This document shows positions 28,464-38,468 of a stretch of 47,319 nucleotides of DNA, piece by piece (positions within the stretch are counted from its first letter, which is position 1; the number at the start of each line of letters is the position of its first letter). The notes under the pieces were generated by a model, which had not been told where the DNA came from, searched no databases, and saw nothing but the letters and a program-made list of their open reading frames with translations. Both the position numbers and the translations under genes were made by a program. The stretch comes from Promethearchaeota archaeon Loki_b31 (GTDB taxonomy: Archaea; Asgardarchaeota; Lokiarchaeia; Sigyniarchaeales; SOKP01): positions 1 to 47,319 of the forward strand of contig NJBI01000025.1 of the NCBI GenBank assembly GCA_005222975.1, read 5' to 3'.

Positions 28464-29429
28464 ATGGTTAACAATTTTAAATTTTCTGTACTTGATGGTC
28501 ATATCGATACAATTAAAAAAAGCTCAAGAGACAAACGTGACTTTTCAGTCCGTTCTGAAATTGGTCATTATGATTTACCTCGTATGGATGAAGGAAATGT
28601 GCAAGCTGCAATTTTTGCAATCTATCCAGCTTCATCGATAAATCGCATTCTTAAAGGTCTTGATTTATGGTTTAAATTTGTCTTTAATCCTCTTAATGGA
28701 TTAATGCAAATTAAAAGAATAGATGATTTCGCTAAAATACAAGCATCGGGTAAAAGGGGAGCTATCCTACATTTTGAGGGTGCTGGAGGGATCGATAAAA
28801 CTTTTCGCCTTTTAAGGATTGCATATCGTCTTGGGTTGCGAACAATGGGTTTAAGCTGGTCAAATGTCAATAAATTTGCTACGGGAGTGATGTTTAACGA
28901 CCCTCAAAAAGAAACTGGTCTAACCAAAGAAGGAATAAAATTTGTTGCTGAAGCTCAGGCTCTTGGTATCACCATAGATGTTTCTCATTTAAACGAACCT
29001 TCTTTTTGGGATGTTTATGAAATCACAGAAAAACCGATTTTTGCCTCACATTCAAATGCTCGCGCAATTGTTAATCATCCAAGGAATTTAACTGATGAGC
29101 AAATAAAAGCAATTCATGAAAAGCATGGAACCGTAGGAATTAATTTTGTGATGGGTTTTCTAAATGCTAAAGAACCAGGTATGTATAATTATAACCTAAA
29201 TTTTGATTCAATTAAAAAACATATTGACCATCTCGTCGAAATTGCTAGTATCGATATAGTAGCCATAGGTTCAGATTTTGATGGTGCAGCTACACCAACT
29301 TGTGTTAAAGATTGTTCTATGTTTCCCCGATTATGGGATTATCTTCTTGAAAATGGCTACAGTGAACAAGATATTGAAAAGATATCTCATACAAATTTAT
29401 TACAAGTTTTTAAGAAAACATGGAAATAG
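28464..29429 (+). CDS. Membrane dipeptidase (peptidase M19) family
   Basis: DGHID, HFEG, DVSHL, ASHSN, HPRN, GSDFDG. Confidence 0.93.
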   Translation: MVNNFKFSVLDGHIDTIKKSSRDKRDFSVRSEIGHYDLPRMDEGNVQAAIFAIYPASSINRILKGLDLWFKFVFNPLNGLMQIKRIDDFAKIQASGKRGAILHFEGAGGIDKTFRLLRIAYRLGLRTMGLSWSNVNKFATGVMFNDPQKETGLTKEGIKFVAEAQALGITIDVSHLNEPSFWDVYEITEKPIFASHSNARAIVNHPRNLTDEQIKAIHEKHGTVGINFVMGFLNAKEPGMYNYNLNFDSIKKHIDHLVEIASIDIVAIGSDFDGAATPTCVKDCSMFPRLWDYLLENGYSEQDIEKISHTNLLQVFKKTWK

Positions 29430-29475
29430 GTTTTAATTTATTAAAGAAAAAAAAAAAGATTTGTTTATTTTTAAT

Positions 29476-29802
29476 TTATTCTGGTGGCTTGAGCCCTACA
29501 ATATCCATTGCTTCGAAAATTGAAGACATAACTTCGATCTGATATTTATAGCCCTCAATACCATTTGCCATAAAAAGTAGGGTTTTATTTAGTAGGGCAA
29601 TATATTCTTTAAGTTTCCCTTCTTTGATTTCATCTGCGTTTACTACTTTGTATCCTTCTTTGGTTGCAACGACAGCATTATTTAGGAGTTCTTTAGAAAG
29701 AGATTTATCTGCTGGATATTTTTTCATAGCTTCAATGAACAATTTCCCTACCTCAGAGGCTTTAGCATGGGGAACCCATGCTGTAGTCATAACTATTACC
29801 AT
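29476..29802 (-). CDS. Hypothetical protein, probable small ferredoxin-like fold
   Basis: Clean ORF with AGGTGA SD; no recognisable catalytic motif. Confidence 0.75.
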   Translation of the reverse strand: MVIVMTTAWVPHAKASEVGKLFIEAMKKYPADKSLSKELLNNAVVATKEGYKVVNADEIKEGKLKEYIALLNKTLLFMANGIEGYKYQIEVMSSIFEAMDIVGLKPPE

Positions 29803-29906
29803 CTATATCACCTTAAATAATTAATATTTTATTAGATTCGCATCATTTTTTGACAAAAATGACAATTTTTATTTGTGTTTTATCTGTATAAAAATATTGC
29901 TGAAAT

Positions 29907-30773
29907 CTAATTCTTTGCTGGTGATGCATAACAATAAGCACAATTGTGTTTGCAACGAAATATTCCAGTATATCCCCCAATATCTTTAGACTTGAAACAC
30001 CCGCAACCTTTTCTTTGTCCTGTATCTTTTGCTTTTGAAATCTTCTCCCCTATGATTTGCTCGATTTTATTAGCGTCAACGCAATGAGCTTGTTCAATGC
30101 CATTTATTTCAAGTAAATCGGGTTGGCAACATGCTTTCATCTCCATTTCATATTTATTGCAAATTTCTAATAATTTGTTGAGAATATCTTTCTTTTTACT
30201 TAAAGGGGGATCAAGAGGGATAAATCCTCTTGCTTTCATTCGATTGTTTACTTTTGTATAAATTGTAGCGAAGGAAAATATCATTTCTTTCAGCCCAAGA
30301 GCAGAAACTTTTTCTATTATATATTCAAATTTGTCTAGGTTACTTTTTATTCTATTTTCATCCTTCTTTTTGTAAATGATTATAGGATCAAATCTAAAAC
30401 TTACAGCGTTGGAACCAAACTCATTGATCAACCATTCTAGTTGAGCAAATCTATCTCCCAAAGAAATCTTAATATTCTTCTCTAATTCAGAAGGTGAGTT
30501 AATCGTGAATTGAAAGTAATGTCCCATATACGATTTAAAGATTTGTTTATTTTTTTCATAAGTTTTTATCCATGCTTTAAAGTTTTTAGACCACCACACC
30601 CAACATCTTACATCTTCAGATTTCAACGAAACTCGAGACACTTGTTTTCTATTAAATGGATTAACCACATCCACATAACCGATCTGGATTTTATCAATTA
30701 CCCAATCCATTAAAAAAGCGGGAATATCTGTTCTACGAGAACAAGAAATTATAGGAGATTTTACAATTTTCAT
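29907..30773 (-). CDS. DUF1848 family protein
   Basis: IISCSRRTDIPAF, RFDPII, QRKGCGC..SKDIG.Y...CKHNCAYCYA. Confidence 0.9.
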   Translation of the reverse strand: MKIVKSPIISCSRRTDIPAFLMDWVIDKIQIGYVDVVNPFNRKQVSRVSLKSEDVRCWVWWSKNFKAWIKTYEKNKQIFKSYMGHYFQFTINSPSELEKNIKISLGDRFAQLEWLINEFGSNAVSFRFDPIIIYKKKDENRIKSNLDKFEYIIEKVSALGLKEMIFSFATIYTKVNNRMKARGFIPLDPPLSKKKDILNKLLEICNKYEMEMKACCQPDLLEINGIEQAHCVDANKIEQIIGEKISKAKDTGQRKGCGCFKSKDIGGYTGIFRCKHNCAYCYASPAKN

Positions 30774-30819
30774 TAAATCATTTGAATATTTTTTTTATAA
30801 TTTTTTTATATATTAGGCG

Positions 30820-32451
30820 CTATTCTCCCGATAAATATAAAAGCATTGCTGAAACGAATAAATCATTTTTCTCGCTCATAGGTAATTGCTCATCTATGCT
30901 CTGCAAACCATCAAGTGAAACTCTGAACTTTCTGAGGAGTAATTCATCAAAGATCATTAAATGAGGATTTAAAAATGCTGCGCCGTTTTTTGTTTCTTTT
31001 CGTAACAATTTTCTAAATTCCGGTTCTAGCCAGATTCTAAAAGGGCCAGGGCTATGTTCTGCTTTATGTTTTATGTTGAATTTATTTTTAAGATTAATAA
31101 TAACCTCAAAGACAGTTTCGCATATTAGTTTTAAATTTTTTTCATTTTCTTTGTAGAAATATTGAATTGGGACTGGTAGGCGCATATGTAATAGTAATCC
31201 TTGACCCTTCCGAAAGTTTATATGACCGTACCCAAAAATTACTTTATGGAACCCATGCTTTACAAATAGTTCATTTATAGTTTCAATGATATCTGGTAAG
31301 TTTTTTGGTTCGCTTAAGATATCTTCAAACCCTGGAAAAGCGATATAATCAGTAGATTTGTCTTCAGTTTGGACTAATAAAGCAAAAGAAGAGCGTTCTT
31401 GAAGATAATCCTGAAATTCTTCTTCGGTTAATATTTTCCAAGAACTCTCAGCCTGCTGTTTCATTACATCAATAAATTTATCAACATTATTCTTAGATCC
31501 TTCAATAAGGGCTGCCCATTTCACCTTCTTATTCTTTTTACTTTCTCCCCCAAGTTCGCTAAACTTTCCAGGGAGGTTTTCATCTGAAATTACAAATTCA
31601 CTAACTAAGGGAAAAATCTTAGAATCTAAAACTGATTGCAAACCCTTAAACGCTAAATTCAAATTATATCCATACATAATAGCTTGTTTTAGATTAGTTT
31701 CAGGACGATATAATCGAAATACAGCGCTCAGTATTACGCCAAAATAGCCATTTCCAGCGATAATCTTCATGAAAAGAGGATGATCTTTATCAATCTCAAC
31801 GATCGTTCCGTTTGGCATCATGACACGAATTTTCTCGACCCAATTTTCAACCGAACCCAATTTTCCTGAAGTTACTCCGCTTGCATTCGAAGCAATTAAT
31901 CCTCCTACTCTTACAGGTAGCTTTAAAGCACTCGCTGGTTGAACGGGAAAAACAAATTCCTTTTTGCTTTCAAATAGAGTACATTTAATTAGATCTGATA
32001 CTAAAACATTTTGATTAGACCGAACCGTACTTTTTTTTAAATCGAGTTTAATTGGTTCCTTATAGGAGCTAAAATCAACCATATCAACAATAATACCAAA
32101 ATTTCCATAACTTCCAGAAAGGCCCGTTTTTCCTCCAGCAAATGTAATGGGAATCTTAAATTTCTGAGAATTTTTTACTATAACTCGTAGTTGTGTCTCT
32201 ACTTTAGGTCTAAACAGAACGTAAGGTCTTATGTGCAGGTGTGAGGTATCTCGAATAACGCTAGCTTGTATTGGATCTCCAACAAGCATCACATAACCCG
32301 ATTGAATGAGTTGGTTATAATTTTTACTTTTTGATATTTTGGAGACCATTATGGAACTTAATTTAAAAAAACCTTCCCTTTCCATGTGGTCTAAAAATGG
32401 CTCCCATGGTAGTTTATCTTGAAGACCTTTGATCAAAGTATTTTTTTCCAT
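30820..32451 (-). CDS. FAD-linked oxidoreductase (GlcD/D-lactate dehydrogenase/VAO-like superfamily)
   Basis: GGKTGLSG, P.S...VGGLIASNASG, GYFGVI, C-terminal AEHSPG. Confidence 0.8.
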   Translation of the reverse strand: MEKNTLIKGLQDKLPWEPFLDHMEREGFFKLSSIMVSKISKSKNYNQLIQSGYVMLVGDPIQASVIRDTSHLHIRPYVLFRPKVETQLRVIVKNSQKFKIPITFAGGKTGLSGSYGNFGIIVDMVDFSSYKEPIKLDLKKSTVRSNQNVLVSDLIKCTLFESKKEFVFPVQPASALKLPVRVGGLIASNASGVTSGKLGSVENWVEKIRVMMPNGTIVEIDKDHPLFMKIIAGNGYFGVILSAVFRLYRPETNLKQAIMYGYNLNLAFKGLQSVLDSKIFPLVSEFVISDENLPGKFSELGGESKKNKKVKWAALIEGSKNNVDKFIDVMKQQAESSWKILTEEEFQDYLQERSSFALLVQTEDKSTDYIAFPGFEDILSEPKNLPDIIETINELFVKHGFHKVIFGYGHINFRKGQGLLLHMRLPVPIQYFYKENEKNLKLICETVFEVIINLKNKFNIKHKAEHSPGPFRIWLEPEFRKLLRKETKNGAAFLNPHLMIFDELLLRKFRVSLDGLQSIDEQLPMSEKNDLFVSAMLLYLSGE

Positions 32452-32594
32452 ACCAAGCCATGACTCTATTTAATTTCATCTATCTAAGCTTTCAATTTTC
32501 CTAAAGTAAAGGAGCTTATCAAGATTAAAATAATTGCTGTAATAAAAAATATTTCTAATTTAATTTTTTAAACCTTGTAATATTTAAGATTAAT

Positions 32595-33620
32595 ATGATC
32601 CCGTCTATTGAATGGACTCATGACAATAAAGTGAAAATGATCGATCAAACTCTATTACCGCATAAACTTGAGTTTTTAGAGTTTGAGGATTATAGAGATG
32701 TGGCAAAATCTATTAAAGTCATGAACATTAGAGGTGCTCCTGCAATTGGAGTTGCCGCAGCAATGGGAATGGCGTTAGCTACAATAGAATATAAAGTTCT
32801 TCCAAAAGAAGAATTCCTCAAAAGAATGGAGGAAGCTGCTGATGTAATACGCAGTACAAGACCTACAGCATCTAACCTTTTTTGGGCAGTAAATAGAATT
32901 TGGGAAATTTTAAGTTCTTTTCCAGACAACCCTTCAAATATTTCGGAACTTGTCGTCGAAGAAGCTAAATTAATGGCTCAGGAAGATGTAAATGTTAACA
33001 AAAATATTGGTAGAAACGGTGCTACTTTATTAGAAGATGGCGATGTTGTTTTAACTCATTGCAATGCGGGTTCGTTGGCTACAGTTCAATATGGGACGGC
33101 GTTAGCACCTATTCGAAGCGCAATTGAAGGTGGTAAAAAAATTAGCGTGATTGCTGATGAAACGAGACCAAGATTACAAGGAGCTAGATTAACTGCCTAT
33201 GAACTTCAATACGATAAAATCCCTGTAAAAGTGATTTCTGACACATCTTCAGGTCTATTAATGAGGCTTGGAAAAATAAACAAGGTAATTGTGGGGGCAG
33301 ATAGAGTAACTTCAGACGCAGTTTTTAATAAAATTGGAACTTACTTGGTTGCTTTAGCCGCGTACGATAATAAAGTGCCTTTTTACGTTGCAGCTCCAAC
33401 TTCCACATTATCTCTGCATGAAACCGTTGACGATGTTACTATTGAACAAAGAGATAGTAGTGAAGTAAAAAATGTACTTGGGAAGGTACAAATCGTCCCT
33501 GATGGTGTAGAATGCTTGAATTACGCGTTTGACATTACTCCCTTTAGATTAGTAACTGGTATAATTACAGAAGACCGCGTTTTTACACCAGAAGAATTAT
33601 TAAAAAAATATAAGAGCTAA
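32595..33620 (+). CDS. mtnA: S-methyl-5-thioribose-1-phosphate isomerase (eIF-2B alpha-like family)
   Basis: IDQTLLP, IRGAPAIG, TRPTA.NL, LTHCNAG.LAT, DETRPRLQGARLT, NKIGTY, AFDITP. Confidence 0.93.
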   Translation: MIPSIEWTHDNKVKMIDQTLLPHKLEFLEFEDYRDVAKSIKVMNIRGAPAIGVAAAMGMALATIEYKVLPKEEFLKRMEEAADVIRSTRPTASNLFWAVNRIWEILSSFPDNPSNISELVVEEAKLMAQEDVNVNKNIGRNGATLLEDGDVVLTHCNAGSLATVQYGTALAPIRSAIEGGKKISVIADETRPRLQGARLTAYELQYDKIPVKVISDTSSGLLMRLGKINKVIVGADRVTSDAVFNKIGTYLVALAAYDNKVPFYVAAPTSTLSLHETVDDVTIEQRDSSEVKNVLGKVQIVPDGVECLNYAFDITPFRLVTGIITEDRVFTPEELLKKYKS

Positions 33621-33677
33621 CTTTAAAAACATTATAAAAAAACTAAAAAGTTAAAAAAAATTATTTAGGATATTAAA

Positions 33678-33926
33678 ATGAAGCTTAATAAGAACGAAAA
33701 AGATGCGCTTTTTAAGTTGTTTATTTTTTCAGTAATTCAAATATTTTGTATAAATATTTACATAATCGTTTCTGCTCTCTCAGGAGATTTTAATTGGACG
33801 GTCGAAAGGATGACATCTTCTTTAGAAGGAATGGTTATTCAAATTATCAACCTAATTACACTGATTAATGGAATAATTATCTTTTTGTATATCCTTATAT
33901 TTTTAATATTACTCGTAAGAGATTAA
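33678..33926 (+). CDS. Small two-TM membrane protein
   Basis: Two hydrophobic segments; fills the gap between mtnA and dus. Confidence 0.65.
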   Translation: MKLNKNEKDALFKLFIFSVIQIFCINIYIIVSALSGDFNWTVERMTSSLEGMVIQIINLITLINGIIIFLYILIFLILLVRD

Positions 33927-33938
33927 TTTTCTCGTCTC

Positions 33939-34919
33939 TTAATTATCAAAAATCTGTTCGAAAATATCTCGTAATTCATCCAAAGTTTTTGCTCTAGAAA
34001 TTTTTATCCTAATGTCGGTTGAGGTTTGAATATTTTTTGTTAGCCATATCGAATTTCTTTTTAATTCCATAAATTTGTATTTTTCAATAGGGTAAGGAAA
34101 CTCGATATTCTCATCTATATAGTTATTTATGCAATGTTCGTAAAGATCAATATGTTTTTTCATTTTAATTAAATTATTATTAAAAACCAGTTCTACTCCT
34201 TCTTTTAAGTAATTATTAATTTGATGAAAAATTTCAGGATTTCCCATAGTTCCTCTCCCAATCATAATAGCATCAACTTTTGTAAAATCTAAAAACTTTT
34301 TCGCAGATTGAGGACTGTAAATGCTTCCATTTCCAACTACAGGTATTTTTAATAGATCTTTAAATTTTTTAACGGCTTTTAAATTAAGAGCGGTGTCATC
34401 GAATCGATCTTTTACCGCTCTTCCATGAATTATTATGAAATCAATGCTCGAATTATTAACAATCTTCGCTAATTTATCGATATTATCTGAATTCTTGAAC
34501 CCTGTTCTAACCTTTAAGGAAACTAAATGCGAGGAGTATTTTGTAGCAACTTTAATTAAACTACTTAAATTTTTCAAGTCATTAAGTAGATATCCTCCTT
34601 CTTTTGCCTTAATTGCTCTTTTAGATGGACAGCCCGCATTTATATCCAAAACATCAAATTGATAGCTCTCAAGAAAGTCAATTGATTCTCTTAAAGCTAT
34701 TGGATCGGAACCAATTAACTGCACGCTTATAGGCCTCTCCTTCTCAATTTTGTATAAATTACTTAATATGGAGCGAGGATTATTTTGAATTCTTTTAGTG
34801 TAAAGCATTGGAACACTTACTAACCCTATTTTACCAAACATTCTACAAAATTGCCTATACGGTGCCGTAGTTACTTCTTGCATAGGCGCAAGAACCAAGA
34901 AATTTTTAAAAAACTTCAT
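33939..34919 (-). CDS. dus: tRNA-dihydrouridine synthase family
   Basis: LAPM, VQLIGSDP, DINAGCP (catalytic Cys), KVRTG, IHGR, GNG.I, MIGRG..GNP. Confidence 0.92.
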   Translation of the reverse strand: MKFFKNFLVLAPMQEVTTAPYRQFCRMFGKIGLVSVPMLYTKRIQNNPRSILSNLYKIEKERPISVQLIGSDPIALRESIDFLESYQFDVLDINAGCPSKRAIKAKEGGYLLNDLKNLSSLIKVATKYSSHLVSLKVRTGFKNSDNIDKLAKIVNNSSIDFIIIHGRAVKDRFDDTALNLKAVKKFKDLLKIPVVGNGSIYSPQSAKKFLDFTKVDAIMIGRGTMGNPEIFHQINNYLKEGVELVFNNNLIKMKKHIDLYEHCINNYIDENIEFPYPIEKYKFMELKRNSIWLTKNIQTSTDIRIKISRAKTLDELRDIFEQIFDN

Positions 34920-35397
34920 TTCATTTTCACATTATATTTTAACTTTATTAATTTTGTTACTGTTTTCTACTTTAGCTATTTATTGACACCCTCAGAATTA
35001 ATCGAATTACTAAATCAGGTGAAAAAAGAAGTCGTCCGATGGTGCATATTTGTCTCGACAAAAACATTTTTATCCTGAACTAATGGAATTACCTCGATGG
35101 TTTGAGATCGTAAATAAAAAAAGCGAATATAATGTTTTATTGGATGTTTTTGCGCTAGCTCTTGTTCCTATTAGATAAGGTTTAATAAAAATAAAAAAAG
35201 AATAGAAAAAAATAAATAAATGATTCAAAAAAAATTAAAGCTCAAATGGTTGATATAAAAAGGATAAATTGTGGCGATACATTAAACCAACTAAGTGAAA
35301 AGATTTAAATACTGCCATATAATTGTTATTCCATAGAAAGATAAAATTCGACCGTAGTATATCTTTTGAAAAATTAAAAAATTAATAGAAATAAAAT

Positions 35398-35545
35398 AGG
35401 GAAAATATAACCGTGACTCCTGCACCGCCCTGGATTTTTGTCTTTTGGTAGTGCGTAAAGCACTCATTTCGCTACTCCCCCTATTTTATTTTTGACCTTC
35501 TTATTAGGTCTTGGTCACAGGAGTCGTCTTTTTCCTTCCCTCTTC
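35398..35545. other. GC-rich multibranch stem-loop element; candidate ncRNA or element end
   Basis: GACTCCTG (35415-22) pairs with CAGGAGTC (35518-25); internal hairpins AGTGC-GTAAA-GCACT and GACCT-TCTTATT-AGGTC; pyrimidine tract follows. Confidence 0.4.
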
Positions 35546-35797
35546 TTTTCCTTGTTTTTGATTTTTTTGAATTGTAATTCCGAAAAATAAACTAGAAAAA
35601 AACTGTTGATGGTCTTTTATCCAAGGGTAATTCGTTGAATCCGCTAGTTTTAGCTGTTTTTATCGATGGGTAACAAATTGTTACGGACCGAAAGATATAC
35701 AAAAAAATATCTTATCAAGAAATATCTTAAAGAATTTAGAACTTTTTCATTAAAAAGAAACTTTTTCTTTAAATACCCTCTTTCGTAACATATAGAC

Positions 35798-36082
35798 ATG
35801 AAAGAAGATACAGTAGTCGTGAAGATCGAGTTTTACGACCACGGGCTCGGAAGAGAGCAAGTTATTTACGGAGAAGTAAAAGCGAGCAAGATAGATCGGT
35901 TCGAAACCAACGAGGATTCTTGGATTACTCTGAGCGACTCTTATAGATCGCTAAGCGTGCCTAAGATTGACGTCGTGTGCATAAGCGAGTTCAAAGATGG
36001 AGAAGTTAAATATAGGAAAGGCGAAGAAAAAGCGATAGCAAGCAAGAATTCCAAAGATCTCGTTGGAATATCAAGTAGTTAA
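35798..36082 (+). CDS. Hypothetical protein
   Basis: ATG ORF of 94 aa with the CpG-rich codon style of the island. Confidence 0.65.
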   Translation: MKEDTVVVKIEFYDHGLGREQVIYGEVKASKIDRFETNEDSWITLSDSYRSLSVPKIDVVCISEFKDGEVKYRKGEEKAIASKNSKDLVGISSS

Positions 36083-36094
36083 AATATTATAATA

Positions 36095-37495
36095 TTAGGC
36101 TTTTGGTAAGGGTTCACCACAGACTCCGCAAAACTTCAGTTTAGTGGAGCACATTGAACTACAAAAGGGGCAGATTATTTTTTTTACTCTTATTCCCTCT
36201 ATGCCCATCGAGCGTACTATTTGAGTCACAAACTCCTTCCTTTTGGCAGAATCTTTGCTGTTTTTTAATCCTGGGTGCTTCGCTAAGTCAACTCCTTCAG
36301 GCGATAAAATTATACTCCCATACTTTCCAACTTGAATTTCGGTTCCCGCTCTGCCCTTCTTCGCGTACCCGTTTAAGATTTTTACTAGCTCGTTTACGTT
36401 GAATTCGTTTCTCGCAAAAACTTTCGAATGTTGACCCCATAATACTACTCTGATATCGCCGGTAGGATCGTGGAGTAAAAAAGAAGCCCCTTGCCCTTTG
36501 TTCCCATCGGCTCTTTCAAACTTAAACTTGCTGTATATCTCTTTAATTCTCCCGTAGATCGTAATGGATTTCATGTTAGGCTCGATGTCGAAGATTTTTA
36601 ATTGAGAGTCGTTAGGAGCGAAACTAAAATCCTCGTCTTCTACTATTTTAGGAGTTTCCAGAGCTTCCAATTCTCTGACGAAACGGACCAAATACCCTAA
36701 CCCGCTAAAACTTTTGCTTAAAAACTTGATTATTTCGGTTTTTCCCATTTTCTGACGCACGGAACCGCTTTCTAACGAAGAGAACGCGAACTTAACGAAA
36801 TCATACCTTAACGATTCAAACTCGCTCTTAAATTGGGAAGTAATTCGATAAACCACGGCTTCCTCGAGGTAAGAATTAAAAATACTATCGATTTTATTGC
36901 TTGAGGTTAGTTGTTTTATCTTTTCGGCGATTTTGACTAATGAAGTAAAACGAAATTGCGGGTCAAAGTAAACGCATAGATAAAAGCCGAACTTAAAAAC
37001 TCCCTTCGTAAATTCTCGCATGGCTTTCGGCGTAATTCCCTCCTTAAAGCTATTGTTAAAGTGATACAAGCTGCGGATGAGGATGTTGTCGTAATCAAAC
37101 TCGAGAGCAGTAATCTCTGGCAATTCTTCGCGAAGGTTCTAACCGTAAAGAAGAGCTGAATTATCTTGTAGTTTTAAGTCGAGTAAATTCCATTCGTAGT
37201 TGGCAAAAGATTCCTTTCGAAATTGTTCACGGTTTTTAACTCCTTCTACGCTATTAAATCCTATCCAGATTCCTTTATCCCCTACTTGCTTTTTCTCGTA
37301 CCTCACTTCGGTCCAGTCTTGTTTTGGGATATATTCTAAAGAGTCAACGATTACGACCAAATCTACGTCGTTCTTGATCCAATTGGGGGGAAGGTTATCG
37401 TCGAAATAACTTCCAATTCCGAACACGCTGACTATGTGGCCCGAAAATCGCGATTCGAGATCTTCTAAGAGGTTCTTGATCAAGGGATCTTGCAT
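36095..37495 (-). pseudogene. Pol-beta-like nucleotidyltransferase + helical domain + RPA-like OB fold + zinc ribbon, interrupted by one in-frame TAG at 37139-37141
   Basis: ORFs 37139..37534 and 36095..37123 share a frame (LLYG*NLREELPEI); GS...DVD NTase motif; OB motif LHDPTGDIRVVLWG; CPFC...CGVCG. Confidence 0.7.
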
Positions 37496-37607
37496 ATAAT
37501 TTTTACTCAAAACGAGCCTCTTTAATTTTAACAATTTTATCTAAATTATGAATTAATTAATATTAAAATATATAAGTATAAGAGTTACTCGATTTACTCG
37601 CTTTTTC

Positions 37608-38450
37608 TTACTTATGCTTATTCCATAGAAACTTATTTTTTTCGAGAGAACTTTGCAACCTTTTCGCTTTCTTGTAAACGGAATCGTCTTCAACGACTCC
37701 AACGTCTCCAGGGTCGTTAATCTTATCGTAGACTTTTTCTATGTAGAACACGCATTTTTCCACGTGAAAAAGAGCTTTATCGTAGTCACGAGCTCCAAAA
37801 CGAATAGTGCAGAGTGAGTAATGGACTTTAGACCTACAACTAAACAAGTGAACCGATTCCTCTAAGGCATCGTATATCCTTAGAGCTTGGGAATACTTGC
37901 TTAGCGCCTCGGTCGTGCGGTTTAACTTGTGATAGGCGCAAGCGAGCTCGTATAGAATGTCAGCAATCGTTTCTAAACAACCGAATTCGGAGAGTAACCT
38001 CAGAAATCTAATGTAAGTGTCCACTGCGCCAGAATATTTTCTAGATTTATATTGACAATCCCCTAAAACCCAAAACAATTGAGATAGCTCATCTGCAAAA
38101 TCTTCTCTATGGGGGCCATCGATCTTTAAAAAGCGCTCGCACAGCTTAACTGATCTCTCGCAATAACTTATGGCTTTATCGAGGTCTTTTAAGAGCCTAT
38201 AGTTGAAGCTAATAGAACCCAATATAAACAATTGTGCCCAAACCTTCTCGTCGCTTTCGTAAAACTTAAGCAATCTTTCGTAAGCCTGTATAGCTTCGGG
38301 CAACCTGTTCTTAACGCAACACAAACTCGCTTTTAATTCCAGCGCTTTCACGTTATCGGGCTCTTTTTCAAGTATTTTAAGTACCAATTCTAACGAGCCT
38401 AAATAATCTCCTTTTTCATCTAACCTTACGGCATCTTCTATTAAGCTCAT
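37608..38450 (-). CDS. Tetratricopeptide repeat protein
   Basis: Repeated TPR-like units (EAIQAYERLL; KAISYCERSV; EALSKYSQAL; KALFHVEKC). Confidence 0.85.
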   Translation of the reverse strand: MSLIEDAVRLDEKGDYLGSLELVLKILEKEPDNVKALELKASLCCVKNRLPEAIQAYERLLKFYESDEKVWAQLFILGSISFNYRLLKDLDKAISYCERSVKLCERFLKIDGPHREDFADELSQLFWVLGDCQYKSRKYSGAVDTYIRFLRLLSEFGCLETIADILYELACAYHKLNRTTEALSKYSQALRIYDALEESVHLFSCRSKVHYSLCTIRFGARDYDKALFHVEKCVFYIEKVYDKINDPGDVGVVEDDSVYKKAKRLQSSLEKNKFLWNKHK

Positions 38451-38468
38451 AACACATACCTTTTTTTA

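Noticed and set aside
35415-35525. tRNA or tRNA-derived att site at the island edge
   Set aside because: Acceptor-like stem present but no T-arm (GTTCRA) or anticodon arm on either strand
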